DNA of 64,000 bases from positions 64,856 to 128,855 of the forward strand of contig JACPJN010000006.1 of the NCBI GenBank assembly GCA_016187515.1, written 5' to 3'. The notes beneath the pieces are model-generated. The model saw nothing but the letters and a program-made list of their open reading frames with translations. It ran no database searches and had not been told where the DNA came from. The stretch comes from Candidatus Uhrbacteria bacterium (GTDB taxonomy: Bacteria > Patescibacteriota > Patescibacteriia > GWA2-47-26). Shown here one piece after another: positions 27,897 through 37,400 of this stretch; positions within the stretch are counted from its first letter, which is position 1, and each line of letters opens with the position of its first letter. The position numbers and the translations under genes were made by a program.

Positions 27897-28580
27897 ATGG
27901 AAAAACTGACGCGCCATGCGGCGCTGACCGCTCTTTTCACGTTCTGTACCGCTTCTTGCACGAGCAAAATCCCGAGCGAGGGGGGCGAGTCGGAACCCGA
28001 GGGCGACCAGCCCTGTCCCAGGGAGGGCTGCGAGACCGATATACCCTGCCGCGATGACGACCATTGCCCGGACGACGATCCCTGCCGCGACTACTTCTGC
28101 GAGGGCCGCGGCGGGTACTGCCGGTACACGGCGACCGACGAAGACGGCGACGGCTATGTGCGCGCCAGTTGCGGCGGAGGCGATTGCGATGACCGGCCGT
28201 CACATGGTCGGTACACCAATCCCGGCATGGAGGAAAGGTGCAATGGCGAAGACGACAACTGCGATGGCGAAGTGGATGAGGATCTGCAGGATCAGCCCTG
28301 CGGCCCCGCAACAGCAGTCGAATTCTGTCGCCTGGGAAGTCGGTCCTGCGCGGACGGGGCCTGGACCGAATGTACATGGAAGTTCTTCCCTCCGCAAGAA
28401 GAGGTATGCAGCGGCGGGGACGACGATTGCGAGTGGTGTTCGATGCTGTGCGATCCTGCCCATGATGGCTGTTGCTGTTCTTATCCTGATATCTGTTTTA
28501 GCGTGCGAGACGCAGACCGAGCCACAGACTACGGGGTCTGTATGTCCTACGATGAATTCACGTCTTACGATGAACTCTGA
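27897..28580 (+). CDS. Secreted Cys-rich lipoprotein with MopE-like repeats, a paralog of the 5579..7696 gene.
   Basis: MEKLTRHAALTALFTFCTASC...; DEDGDGY...CGGGDCDD...NPGMEERCNGEDDNCDGEVDED. The track start at 27798 is unlikely, because the promoter and RBS place the start at 27897. Confidence 0.6.
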   Translation: MEKLTRHAALTALFTFCTASCTSKIPSEGGESEPEGDQPCPREGCETDIPCRDDDHCPDDDPCRDYFCEGRGGYCRYTATDEDGDGYVRASCGGGDCDDRPSHGRYTNPGMEERCNGEDDNCDGEVDEDLQDQPCGPATAVEFCRLGSRSCADGAWTECTWKFFPPQEEVCSGGDDDCEWCSMLCDPAHDGCCCSYPDICFSVRDADRATDYGVCMSYDEFTSYDEL

Positions 28581-28610
28581 CCCCCTGCCAGCCGTCCTTT
28601 TGACTTCAAA

Positions 28611-28667
28611 GCCGGCCGGGAAGGCGGCGCGCCACGCGCCCCTTCTCCGGCCGGCGATTTTTTTACA
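28611..28667 (+). terminator. Intrinsic terminator (gccggccgggaagg...ccttctccggccggc + T7).
   Basis: Lies 30 nt after the stop at 28580. Confidence 0.55.
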
Positions 28668-28669
28668 TC

Positions 28670-28740
28670 GCCCCTCACCCCATCCCCCCCTTCGCGAAGG
28701 GGGGACCAACCCTCTCCCCACGGGGAGAGGGGGTGTCGAG
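28670..28740. repeat. GC-rich two-hairpin palindromic element, intergenic copy.
   Basis: cccctcaccccatcccccccttcgcgaaggggggacc...ctctccccacggggagaggg. Confidence 0.6.
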
Positions 28741-28781
28741 GTAATACGCGAAATCAATGGCGCGCAAGCGCCGTTCCCTTT

Positions 28782-28991
28782 TTATTGTTCCGGCGCGACA
28801 ATGATTCTACCTTGATAGAACGTCCAGGGACTAACGGGGCCTGGCGGGGGAACAGGCGGATGACTGCACTCCTCATCAAGGGCAAGGCCTCCGCCCGGAC
28901 TCGAATTATTTCCATACCCTCCATTGCAATATCCCCAATTATCTTTTATTTGCACTGCCGGACGGAACACACAGCAACCCCCGCGCACGCC
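28782..28991 (-). pseudogene. Orphan copy of the C-terminal module of the giant protein (GVRGGCCVFRPAVQIKDNWGYCNG + variable tip + GRIIVAPEQ). There is no upstream gene body.
   Basis: The conserved block differs from the true tail only by synonymous changes in the minus frame. Similarity begins exactly at GVRGG, adjacent to a terminator. Confidence 0.55.
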
Positions 28992-29155
28992 TAAACCATC
29001 TGTGCAAAATAAGGTCCGGCCGGACCTTATTTTGACTACTTGTTTTTGCCGCATTTACCGCAATTGAATTGACGGTATTTCAATTTGTGATATTTTCCAT
29101 TAACTTGACAAACCCCAGCCGCCTTGATACTCTGCGTTTGAGGAGAAAAACATGC
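28905..29155 (+). repeat. Duplicated cassette A: tail block + bidirectional terminator + TTGACA-N17-TACTCT promoter + RBS, up to the start codon.
   Basis: About 90% identical to 30150..30395, but fused to a non-homologous CDS. Confidence 0.7.
29105..29133 (+). promoter_or_regulatory. Promoter TTGACA-N17-TACTCT (cassette A).
   Basis: taacTTGACAaaccccagccgccttgaTACTCTgcgtttgaggagaaaaacATG. Confidence 0.45.
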
Positions 29156-29949
29156 AAAACCAGTACGCAGTTGCCAGAATTGGCAGAGTTTCCGTTCTTT
29201 TCATCATGCTCTTTGGAGCAGAAAACATCAGCTGTGGTGGAGAAGAAGGCCCTGCTGGACTGAGTTCCAATCCTCAGGACTGGCCGGTCCCGCCGCGGTG
29301 CGACTCAAGGGTCTGCGAGGTGGAAGCGCTGATAGACAATATGTGCGTTGAAGTGGAGGGAGTGGAGGACACAGAACTGGTCGGTATGTCCTGTAACATT
29401 AATAGCGACTCCTGCGAAGATGGGGTGTATGTGTGCCAGATGCTAGACTGTACACCGTTTATCGAGGAATGCTGCGACAACTGTCCCGAGTGGGAACGGT
29501 GGAAAGTTGGTTGTGAGCCGCGGTGCGCAGAAGAGGAAGATAAGCAAACGCAAAAACTCTTAAATGACCAGGCTGCAGAGCAATTCTGCGGCTGTCTGGA
29601 GGAAGAGGGGCTCTTGGGTGAATACCAGCTCTCGTGCACCGGACTTTGCCCCAGGTTTAATGGAGGTATTCCCTATGGAGAGCCCTTGTATGAACTTGAA
29701 AACGAGGCCCACTGCATTTGGGAGATGGCAATACACGGTATGCTCCATTACCTCACCGTAGACAGCAGTTGTCTTGACTCGGGCATTGGTCCCAATAGTA
29801 ACGGTGGAGAATGTGTAATCAATGCCAAAACATGCGACGAGGTGATTGCCTGTTTGTCTCCGGAGCAGAATCCGCATGATTACTGCGCAAATATCTGTGG
29901 CAACGCGCAAGATAGATGTATGAATGAATGCTGTTCTGCCCAAGAGTAA
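29152..29949 (+). CDS. Cys-rich secreted protein (about 30 Cys), unrelated to the MopE paralogs.
   Basis: Signal peptide MQNQYAVARIGRVSVLFIMLFGAENISC; RBS GAGGAG; terminator at 29986..30015. Confidence 0.55.
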   Translation: MQNQYAVARIGRVSVLFIMLFGAENISCGGEEGPAGLSSNPQDWPVPPRCDSRVCEVEALIDNMCVEVEGVEDTELVGMSCNINSDSCEDGVYVCQMLDCTPFIEECCDNCPEWERWKVGCEPRCAEEEDKQTQKLLNDQAAEQFCGCLEEEGLLGEYQLSCTGLCPRFNGGIPYGEPLYELENEAHCIWEMAIHGMLHYLTVDSSCLDSGIGPNSNGGECVINAKTCDEVIACLSPEQNPHDYCANICGNAQDRCMNECCSAQE

Positions 29950-30112
29950 GGGGTGAAAAATAAAGAGGACACCCATCCCGCACGTCCCAGCCTACTTTCT
30001 AGGCTGGTCTTTTTTATCTCACCCGCTGCGGAGCGGTGAGGTAAATTGTTTGCGTAGCCGGAATCCAAGGGCCGGCGGCATTCGGAGTATCCGGATTCCA
30101 TTGCGCATTGCA

Positions 30113-30235
30113 CTAATTATCAAAACAGGCCGTACCTCCGGGCGAAGTATTGCCGCCACATGTCCCGTTACAATATCCCCAATTATCTTTTATCTGCACT
30201 GCCGGACGGAACACACAGCACCCCCCGCGCACGCC
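30113..30235 (-). pseudogene. Second orphan C-terminal module (GVRGGCCVFRPAVQIKDNWGYCNGTCGGNTSPGGTACFDN*).
   Basis: Same conserved block and same upstream junction as 28782..28991. Confidence 0.5.
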
Positions 30236-30395
30236 TAAACCATCTGTGCAAAAAAGAGTCCGGCCGGACCCTTTTTTGATTACTTATTTTTGCCGCAATT
30301 GAATTGAATTGGCGGTATTTCAATTTGTGATATTTTCCATTAACTTGACAAACTCCAGCCGCCTTGATACTCTGCGTATAAGGAGGAACACATGC
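30150..30395 (+). repeat. Duplicated cassette B (tail block + terminator + promoter + RBS).
   Basis: See cassette A. Confidence 0.7.
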
Positions 30396-31279
30396 ACATC
30401 AAAACGTTCTTTTTCCTTTTTGCGCTGACATCTGGCGGGTGTACCAAATCTCTCATTTCTGACATGCACCGCGATGGTGGCATTGAAGGCGACCAGCCGT
30501 GCCCGGAAGAAGGGTGCGCAACCGATATCCCCTGCGCCTCGACGGACGACTGCGTTCAATTGGATGATTCACCATGCCACGCTACGTTTTGCCACTCCGG
30601 TTTAGGAACTTGCTGGTGGCATCCATGGGACGGCGACGGCGACGGATTTCTGTCTACACTATGCGGGGGACGTGATTGTTTGGAGGCAGCGCCTTGTTCG
30701 GATCCTGTCACGCCGAAGTGCCTCCTCAGATATAAAAGTGCGCAGAGAACCTATGAAGGTGCGCCAGAGGTGTGCGATGGGCTGGACAATGATTGTGACA
30801 AGCGTGTAGATGAAGGCATCCACTGCGAAGTAGAGGATACTTGTCCTAAGGATACATTCGCGCTTGAATCCACCGAGGGAAATCCGGACGACTGTGACGC
30901 GCCAGAGTCGGAACGCTTTGTGGAGCCGTCCAACAACTCGTTTGCAGGCGCTCCGCTGCTGAATGCGAACGCTGCAGGTTCTGTCTTCGGCGAGTTCCAT
31001 GTGTGTTGGCCCGGCGATGTGGACATCTACGGCTGGCGTATGACCAGACCCGGCCCCTACCGATTCTGCGTGAATTTCACCCATCGCCATGGTGATTTGG
31101 ATGTTGCCTTCTTTGGTCCCGCGCACCAAATAGTCGCGCGTTCACAGTCATGCACCGACAATGAAGAGATTGAGGTACAAGTGCCGCCACAGCAAAAGGA
31201 CGCTCTGTGGTTTATCGCGGTCAACGGCTGGGATGGCGCAACCAACAGCTACACGATCGCTTTGGGCGATTGCCGCTAA
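30392..31279 (+). CDS. Lipoprotein with a MopE-like Cys-rich repeat and a C-terminal pre-peptidase C-terminal (PPC)-like domain.
   Basis: MHIKTFFFLFALTSGGC; the N-terminal region is paralogous to the 27897 gene (EGDQPCPEEGCATDIPC); the C-terminus GDVDIYGWRMTRPGPYRF...DLDVAFFGP...YTIALG is PPC-like. Confidence 0.6.
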   Translation: MHIKTFFFLFALTSGGCTKSLISDMHRDGGIEGDQPCPEEGCATDIPCASTDDCVQLDDSPCHATFCHSGLGTCWWHPWDGDGDGFLSTLCGGRDCLEAAPCSDPVTPKCLLRYKSAQRTYEGAPEVCDGLDNDCDKRVDEGIHCEVEDTCPKDTFALESTEGNPDDCDAPESERFVEPSNNSFAGAPLLNANAAGSVFGEFHVCWPGDVDIYGWRMTRPGPYRFCVNFTHRHGDLDVAFFGPAHQIVARSQSCTDNEEIEVQVPPQQKDALWFIAVNGWDGATNSYTIALGDCR

Positions 31280-31334
31280 ACCACGCGCAATAGAACTCCG
31301 TGCCGCCGTGCGCGGGACATACGATATATGCACA

Positions 31335-31367
31335 AAGCCGAGGTTAGGAGAACCACGGCTTTTTTTA
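31335..31367 (+). terminator. Intrinsic terminator (aagccg-loop-cggctt + T7) in the convergent junction with the giant gene.
   Basis: aaagccgaggttaggagaaccacggcttttttt. Confidence 0.45.
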
Positions 31368-31417
31368 GGTCCAAACTACCTGTCACCGTTTAGTTTCCAC
31401 TCGGCCATCATCCGCGA

Positions 31418-34400
31418 TCATGGCGCTACAATTATCCGTCCATCAAACACTGTCCATCCGCCTGGGGATTGCGACGCGGGCCGATCAGGGTTCCAAGGAT
31501 GGTTACAGGCCGAATCAATACAACTCCCATTAACCGCCCCGTCAATACCACCGCATATTCCATTGCAATATCCCCAATTATCTTTTATTTGCACTGCCGG
31601 ACGAAACACACAGCATCCGCCGCGCACGCCAGAAGCCGGACAGGTATCAACCCAATTCGGACCCACCCCTCGTTCACAAGTATAGAGAGTTTCAAATTGA
31701 AATGGCTGTCCAATACAGCTGACATTTTCTTGCAAGCCAAAGTTGGTTCCGTCGCATAATGGCGCATGATTTTGGAATAACCCGTCTAATCGCGTGATCT
31801 GTTGGTCATCATCCCAATCAATACTAACCCGCCCAATCGGCATGTGGTCTTTATCAGCAACTCCATAAAATTGTAGTGTGGTTAGTAATGAACCGCGTCT
31901 GGAGATAATATCTCCTTCTATATATTGACCGCCCTCTGCAATTATACGTACATCGGATACTTCCGGTGTCCTTAACCTGCCTTGCATACGGGCATCCCAT
32001 GCTCCTACTACACCTATTCCGGTCTCCACCGCGTCAAATTGACTATATCGCCCCCTGTGAGGTTTTGTATCAGAATTAACCGGTCCCCAGCTAAATCCTT
32101 TAAATGACCGGGCAAATAATTGTTGTATATCTGCTTCCGCGCGTGCTGCATTAGATGGATCCGCGTCAGTTAAGGGCTCTTCCGGTCCCGCTGTAATCCT
32201 ACTACCTGTACCGGGATTAGGTATGGAAGAATTAACTGCGCATTTGTGAATTGAGTGCCCTCCGCCACAAGTGCCCCCTCTTAACTCGCACAGTCGCCTG
32301 GCATTTCCATACGTCCGGCATGTACCTGTAACACCACCAGGCCTATTGGGTGTAAATTCCGCAGTTATACCATCGCTTGCAGAGCTACTGCATGCTGAAC
32401 TCTCTACATTATAAGATGTACCTAGAGGAATTCGCTCCGAAACACAAGTGTGACCGTCATCCGCTCCCCCAACACAGGTGGATGCTTGCAAACTGTAGGA
32501 AGAGGTATGGTTATTATTTAGTGTACTAAATGGCGCGATGGATTCAGCGCAGGAAAATGGCCATCCAGCAAATTCTGAAAGATCGCGGATGCTATCACTG
32601 GCTTCCATTCTGTTCCAATTAAGAAACCATGGATTGTTATTGCCGCTCGTTGGCGGATCATCTTGCGCGGATGAAGATCCAAATGGAGGTAGGCCTGTAT
32701 TGTAATTATAATCCAGGCCATAATTCTCAACTACATGGGTTGTTGATGGCCATAATCTATCTGTCCAAGGCGCGCTGCGCAAAGGATCCACTTTGGTTAT
32801 GTCAGTACATTGCGGATTCAGACGCACTTTAACATCGAAATATACTTCTGCGCTATGTTCATTAGTACACACTGCCAGACGGATGTACTCTAATCGCTGA
32901 TTATCATCAAACCGAAGCAATACTGCTGCGGCATCATAAGCTGAAGCTGGCAGGTCTCTACCGACGATGTCAGTACAATGTATAATATGCTCGGGAATAT
33001 TAACTGAATAATCTCGCAATGCTTCTGCCAATCCTCTTAATGCAGTACTACTCATCCCACACCCGCGGCCAACTCCAGTATCATTGCAATTATCATCAGA
33101 AGCCCACCACCACCAATCTTCGTCCACTTCGGCAAGGGTATTCCAGCTCAGATAATGAATGCCGTCGTCTACGTCGCCTAGAAGGCGACTATCATTGACA
33201 GCATCGTTATTATTGGCCTCAAGATAATAATTTCCATTTAGCGCAGACGCCTTCCAGGGCTCTCCCGCAACCCCCGCAATCTCCACAATGACTCCTTTAA
33301 TATCATACTTACGTATATCATAATCTAATGGCACCTCAAAGGTACGGATGACTGCTTCGTCGCCGCCACTGCGGCGCCTTCCTTGGTCATCTGCACCGGC
33401 TCTAATACGGAACCCATTTGCACCCAAAATTTCCGGGAACCTTATTTCTCGCACCGGTTCATCTGATGCAAGGCACCAATACTGTCCGCCAACGGGGGGT
33501 ATTTGGTAACCGGCTTGGGCAAATTGATTGTTGATATCAACCGCTGCCGCTAGTTGATCAACCGGCCACCAAGTTAGACAAGCGCTGCGGTCTGGATCAT
33601 TGTAAATGCGGGAGTATGGCGCGGTATCTTGCTCAAGACAGTATCCTTGCCAACCGCGTACAATCAAATCCGCTGTCCTTATAGGACCATCATCACGATT
33701 ATCAAGATTACCCGGCGTAGTTTCGCGGGTAATCGGGTAATATCGCACATTGCCAATACCATATTCTGCTTTCTTATAATCACAACCGCATACCCGTATT
33801 CCATCGTCAATCTCGGCAAAAGGTGTTACGCATTTCGGCGCATTGGAAAATGCGGGAGAGTTAATCGTGCCCGTCCGCTCTCCCACTACTCCACTTTTGG
33901 GGAATGGCGAATTAACCTCTGGAAATCCGCGGCACAGCGGCTGCTGAAGAAGTATGGGGGCTGCTTCGGCAGGTGTAGGGGGTGTAAATGCAAGATAATA
34001 ATTCCGCCCCTGAAATTCAGGACTACTCACATCTATTTCTCTTAATTTTTCAAGAGGATATAAATTTGGAATTGCGTATCCAGCGTATTCCGCACCAAAG
34101 AAAGACCGATCGCGTTTTCGGTATATTTCACTGTTCAAAGTCTGCGATTCGCAAATACCTCCCCTTGCAATACATTCTGATGGTGTTATTTGATCTTCAG
34201 CATAAGGATGCGGCGCACATGCTTTAGTTCTATCTATGCCTACAACACAAACTGCTGGTTCCGGATTGATAATCCATCCTCCGCAATTCTGCAAAGTTGG
34301 ACCCCCGCTGGCGGCAGGAAGCGGAATTTTTGCGCAACGTCCAATTCCCAGACAAGCGGTTTTTATTTTCTGATCTTCCGGGGACCAGACCAACTGCGCG

Positions 34401-37400
34401 CGGGTGCACTGCAGCCACTCGGCGCACTCCCTGTCGCGGGCTACTTTAAGCAAAGTGTTGACATTGTTTATAGGTTCGCATATACCTCCCCCCTCCACGC
34501 AAACCGCTTCACCAATGTCTAAATTTCGATCAGCCAGCACAATGCCGCCGGTTGTTGGCAGGCACCACTTGCTGTTATGTGTGCCCCCACGGCATCGCCT
34601 ATCTCTCCTACCTGATTCGGTAACCGGAGGTACCACCGCCCCGCCCTGTCGTTCGCTTTCGTCGTAGGTTGCTTGCGCCGACCAAAGCTCGGCCGGATTT
34701 TCAGTGTTGTCAAACAGCACGCACCCTTCTTTGCGCGAAACCAAACCTCGGCACTCACTCCGGGCAACGGCCAGCCGTTCATTATCTTTACGGTAATAGG
34801 GCTTGCCGTCCGGGTGCTCCGGCGCTGTATCGGTGGGATCCACAAACTCGGCGCAAGTTGACTCGGCTTTTGGACAAAGCCCTACGCGCCGGCCTGCCGC
34901 ATACCCCGCATCCGCATTGCGCCAAATCCCAAAGGTTGATCCGCCGGTAAGATAGTCGTCTATTGGTTCCAAAAAGTTAAACCTTGTGAAAGGGGAAACC
35001 CCTCCATAGCAAGGTGTGTCTGCGACACATATTCCTTCTGTAGATGAAGTCGCCTGCCACTGGCCCCCAATTCCAGCGGTACACTTTTGTTGACACACAC
35101 TACAGGGTGGATTCGCACCTCCCTGGTCACAACTATCACAATTATCAATCCCATAACCACCAGAAAAAATATCCACACGGCGTCCTTCTGCGTCAATGCA
35201 CTTCTTAATAGATTGATTCCAAGTACCATATCCTTCGCATTGCGATTTAGTGGGAGGCGTCAGAAAAGAAGTAGACACCCTTTGCTTCTCCTTTTTAAAC
35301 CACCCTGAAAAGCTGCCAAGTCCAATCCGCACATTTTCCCGCCACTCGCAAAATCCGCCACCGGCTACTTCCGGGTCTTTGAAGTATGACTCGCTGCCAT
35401 TACTGCGCGACCACGCCGCGCAGCCGGTGGCCTCAACCGCGCAAAGATCAGAACCATAACGAGTGGGATCGTTGCGGCGATACACCGCGGCGGTCTCGCC
35501 GGCATTAACCCCCAGCGCTTGGCATCCTTTTTGTTCGGCTTTACAGACAATGTCCGGCCGCACCTCGGGATTGATGACTACATAACGCAAACGATCCGCG
35601 TCAACCGTAACATCGTCTTCCGAATCCGGAGCGGATGCTCCAGTATTAAAGGTCTCTTCAAACGGGGAGACGGTCAGCCGCGTGTCAATCAAACGGCTGC
35701 AGCCAACCGACTCATCCCGACACAGGCGCGAAAACGAACGCAAGTAGGAAGCGCCGCCCGCGCGATCCGTATAACTATTGCATCCGAGCATTGCTCCGCG
35801 CAGCGGTCCTCCGCCGACGGCCGCGGGCAGCTCATCACAAGCCGCGGGAATATCCCAAGTATGTTTGACCAGATATAGCGTATCGGAAACCGCACGCAAA
35901 CGCACCTCATCAATAAAGTAAGTAATGGCGTTTCCGGAAACATTCTTAAAGGTTAGCGCTGCCGGCACATCCGCCAATACCACCGGACCTAAGTCAAAGA
36001 ATTGCCAATCCGGAGTCAGCCGGAGGTTGCCAAAATTTCCGCCGTTAAGCGCCACGTCCACTGAAGAGTTAATCGAACCTTTAACCACCATACTGACAAA
36101 ATAGGTAGCTCCGCCTTCCAGTCCGGCCCCCTCCAGCGCGCGAGAAAGCGTGGAATCATGCGCCGCCCCGCGCACGCGCAGGGACTTATCGCCCACGCGC
36201 AAGGCCTCCGCGGAAAGCTCTGCCCGGCCCCCGTCGGTCCGGGTCCACCGCACTGTTGCATCATCGCCAGCCGGGAAAGTATCATTAAACAGCATGCGCA
36301 CATTGCCGGCCGTATCGCCCTTAAAGCCGCGGCAGCCGGAAACCTGCGGCCGACACGATTTTGATGCCGACGGCGCGCCTAGATAGACGCACTGCAGCGT
36401 AGCCGTATTCCAGAAACCATGGCTGTCTTCACAGGCCAAGCGTTCGAGCGTCGAGCGCAGCGCGCCTGCGGACTCTCCAGCCAGCGCCGGAACTTCCGGA
36501 AGGCGATCCGTCGTAAACCCGGTCCAGCGGTAGACCTGGCACTCGGGGGTGGAAAGAATGGTCTGCGAAATTCTACGGTGAAAAATGTTGCCGTTTTCAT
36601 CGTAGAAAGCCCGACAATCCGCGCGCTCTTCCAAAGACAAGTCCGGATCAGCTGAATTGCAAACCGCTTGATTTTCCTCGCGATCCTCGCAAGTTACGGT
36701 AATGGCCTGCGTGGCCCTCTCCACGCTGACCGCGTAATTGGTACAAGGCGGAACCGCGCGGTCGCGATTATGCTCCACGGCCAAATCCTCGGAATCAGTC
36801 GTATAGAAAATATTGGAAGATTTCAAATTAAAACTGCGCAACTGATACCCGCGCTCGTCCGAACCCTCCCAGGTAAAGTAGGTTTTTGAATCATCGCCGG
36901 GAACGGGCGTCTGGCACGCGCGCAGATCAGTATAATACTCCCGGGCTTCAGTACGCAGATTAGTAAACTCATCACAGCCGGCCTCTGGCGCGGTGCATTT
37001 CGCGGTGCGGCTGGGAATAATCCTGTACATCTGCTCTTCGGCTCTTCCCGCAGGCCAAAGGCCTCCGCGCCCCTCTTCTCCGAGTTCCTGTCTCGTGAAC
37101 GCCGGCTCAAATCGCGAGGACTGCTTGATATAAGTATCATAGCCCACGCAGGATTGCGGACACTCGTCCAGGGCCGTCTTAATTCCCGGAATCGGATCTC
37201 CGCCTAAGGTGGGGGTATACCGCTCACAGCTCGCTTCTTCCGGTCGGCACATACCCGCGTACTGGCCGCATTCGGGTACGTCCGTGCTCTCCCCGGTACA
37301 ACCCAGGTAATCCGGGGGCAAACGGTAATACACATTTTGCTGCGCGCCAACATACGCATGGCCGTCATGGTAGTCAGTCGGCGCAAATCCTTCTTCAAGC

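Noticed and set aside
28785-31759. Plus-strand ORFs through the tail block (…ISPIIFYLHCRTEHTA.PAHA)
   Set aside because: Substitutions among the three copies are synonymous in the minus frame but change residues in the plus frame.
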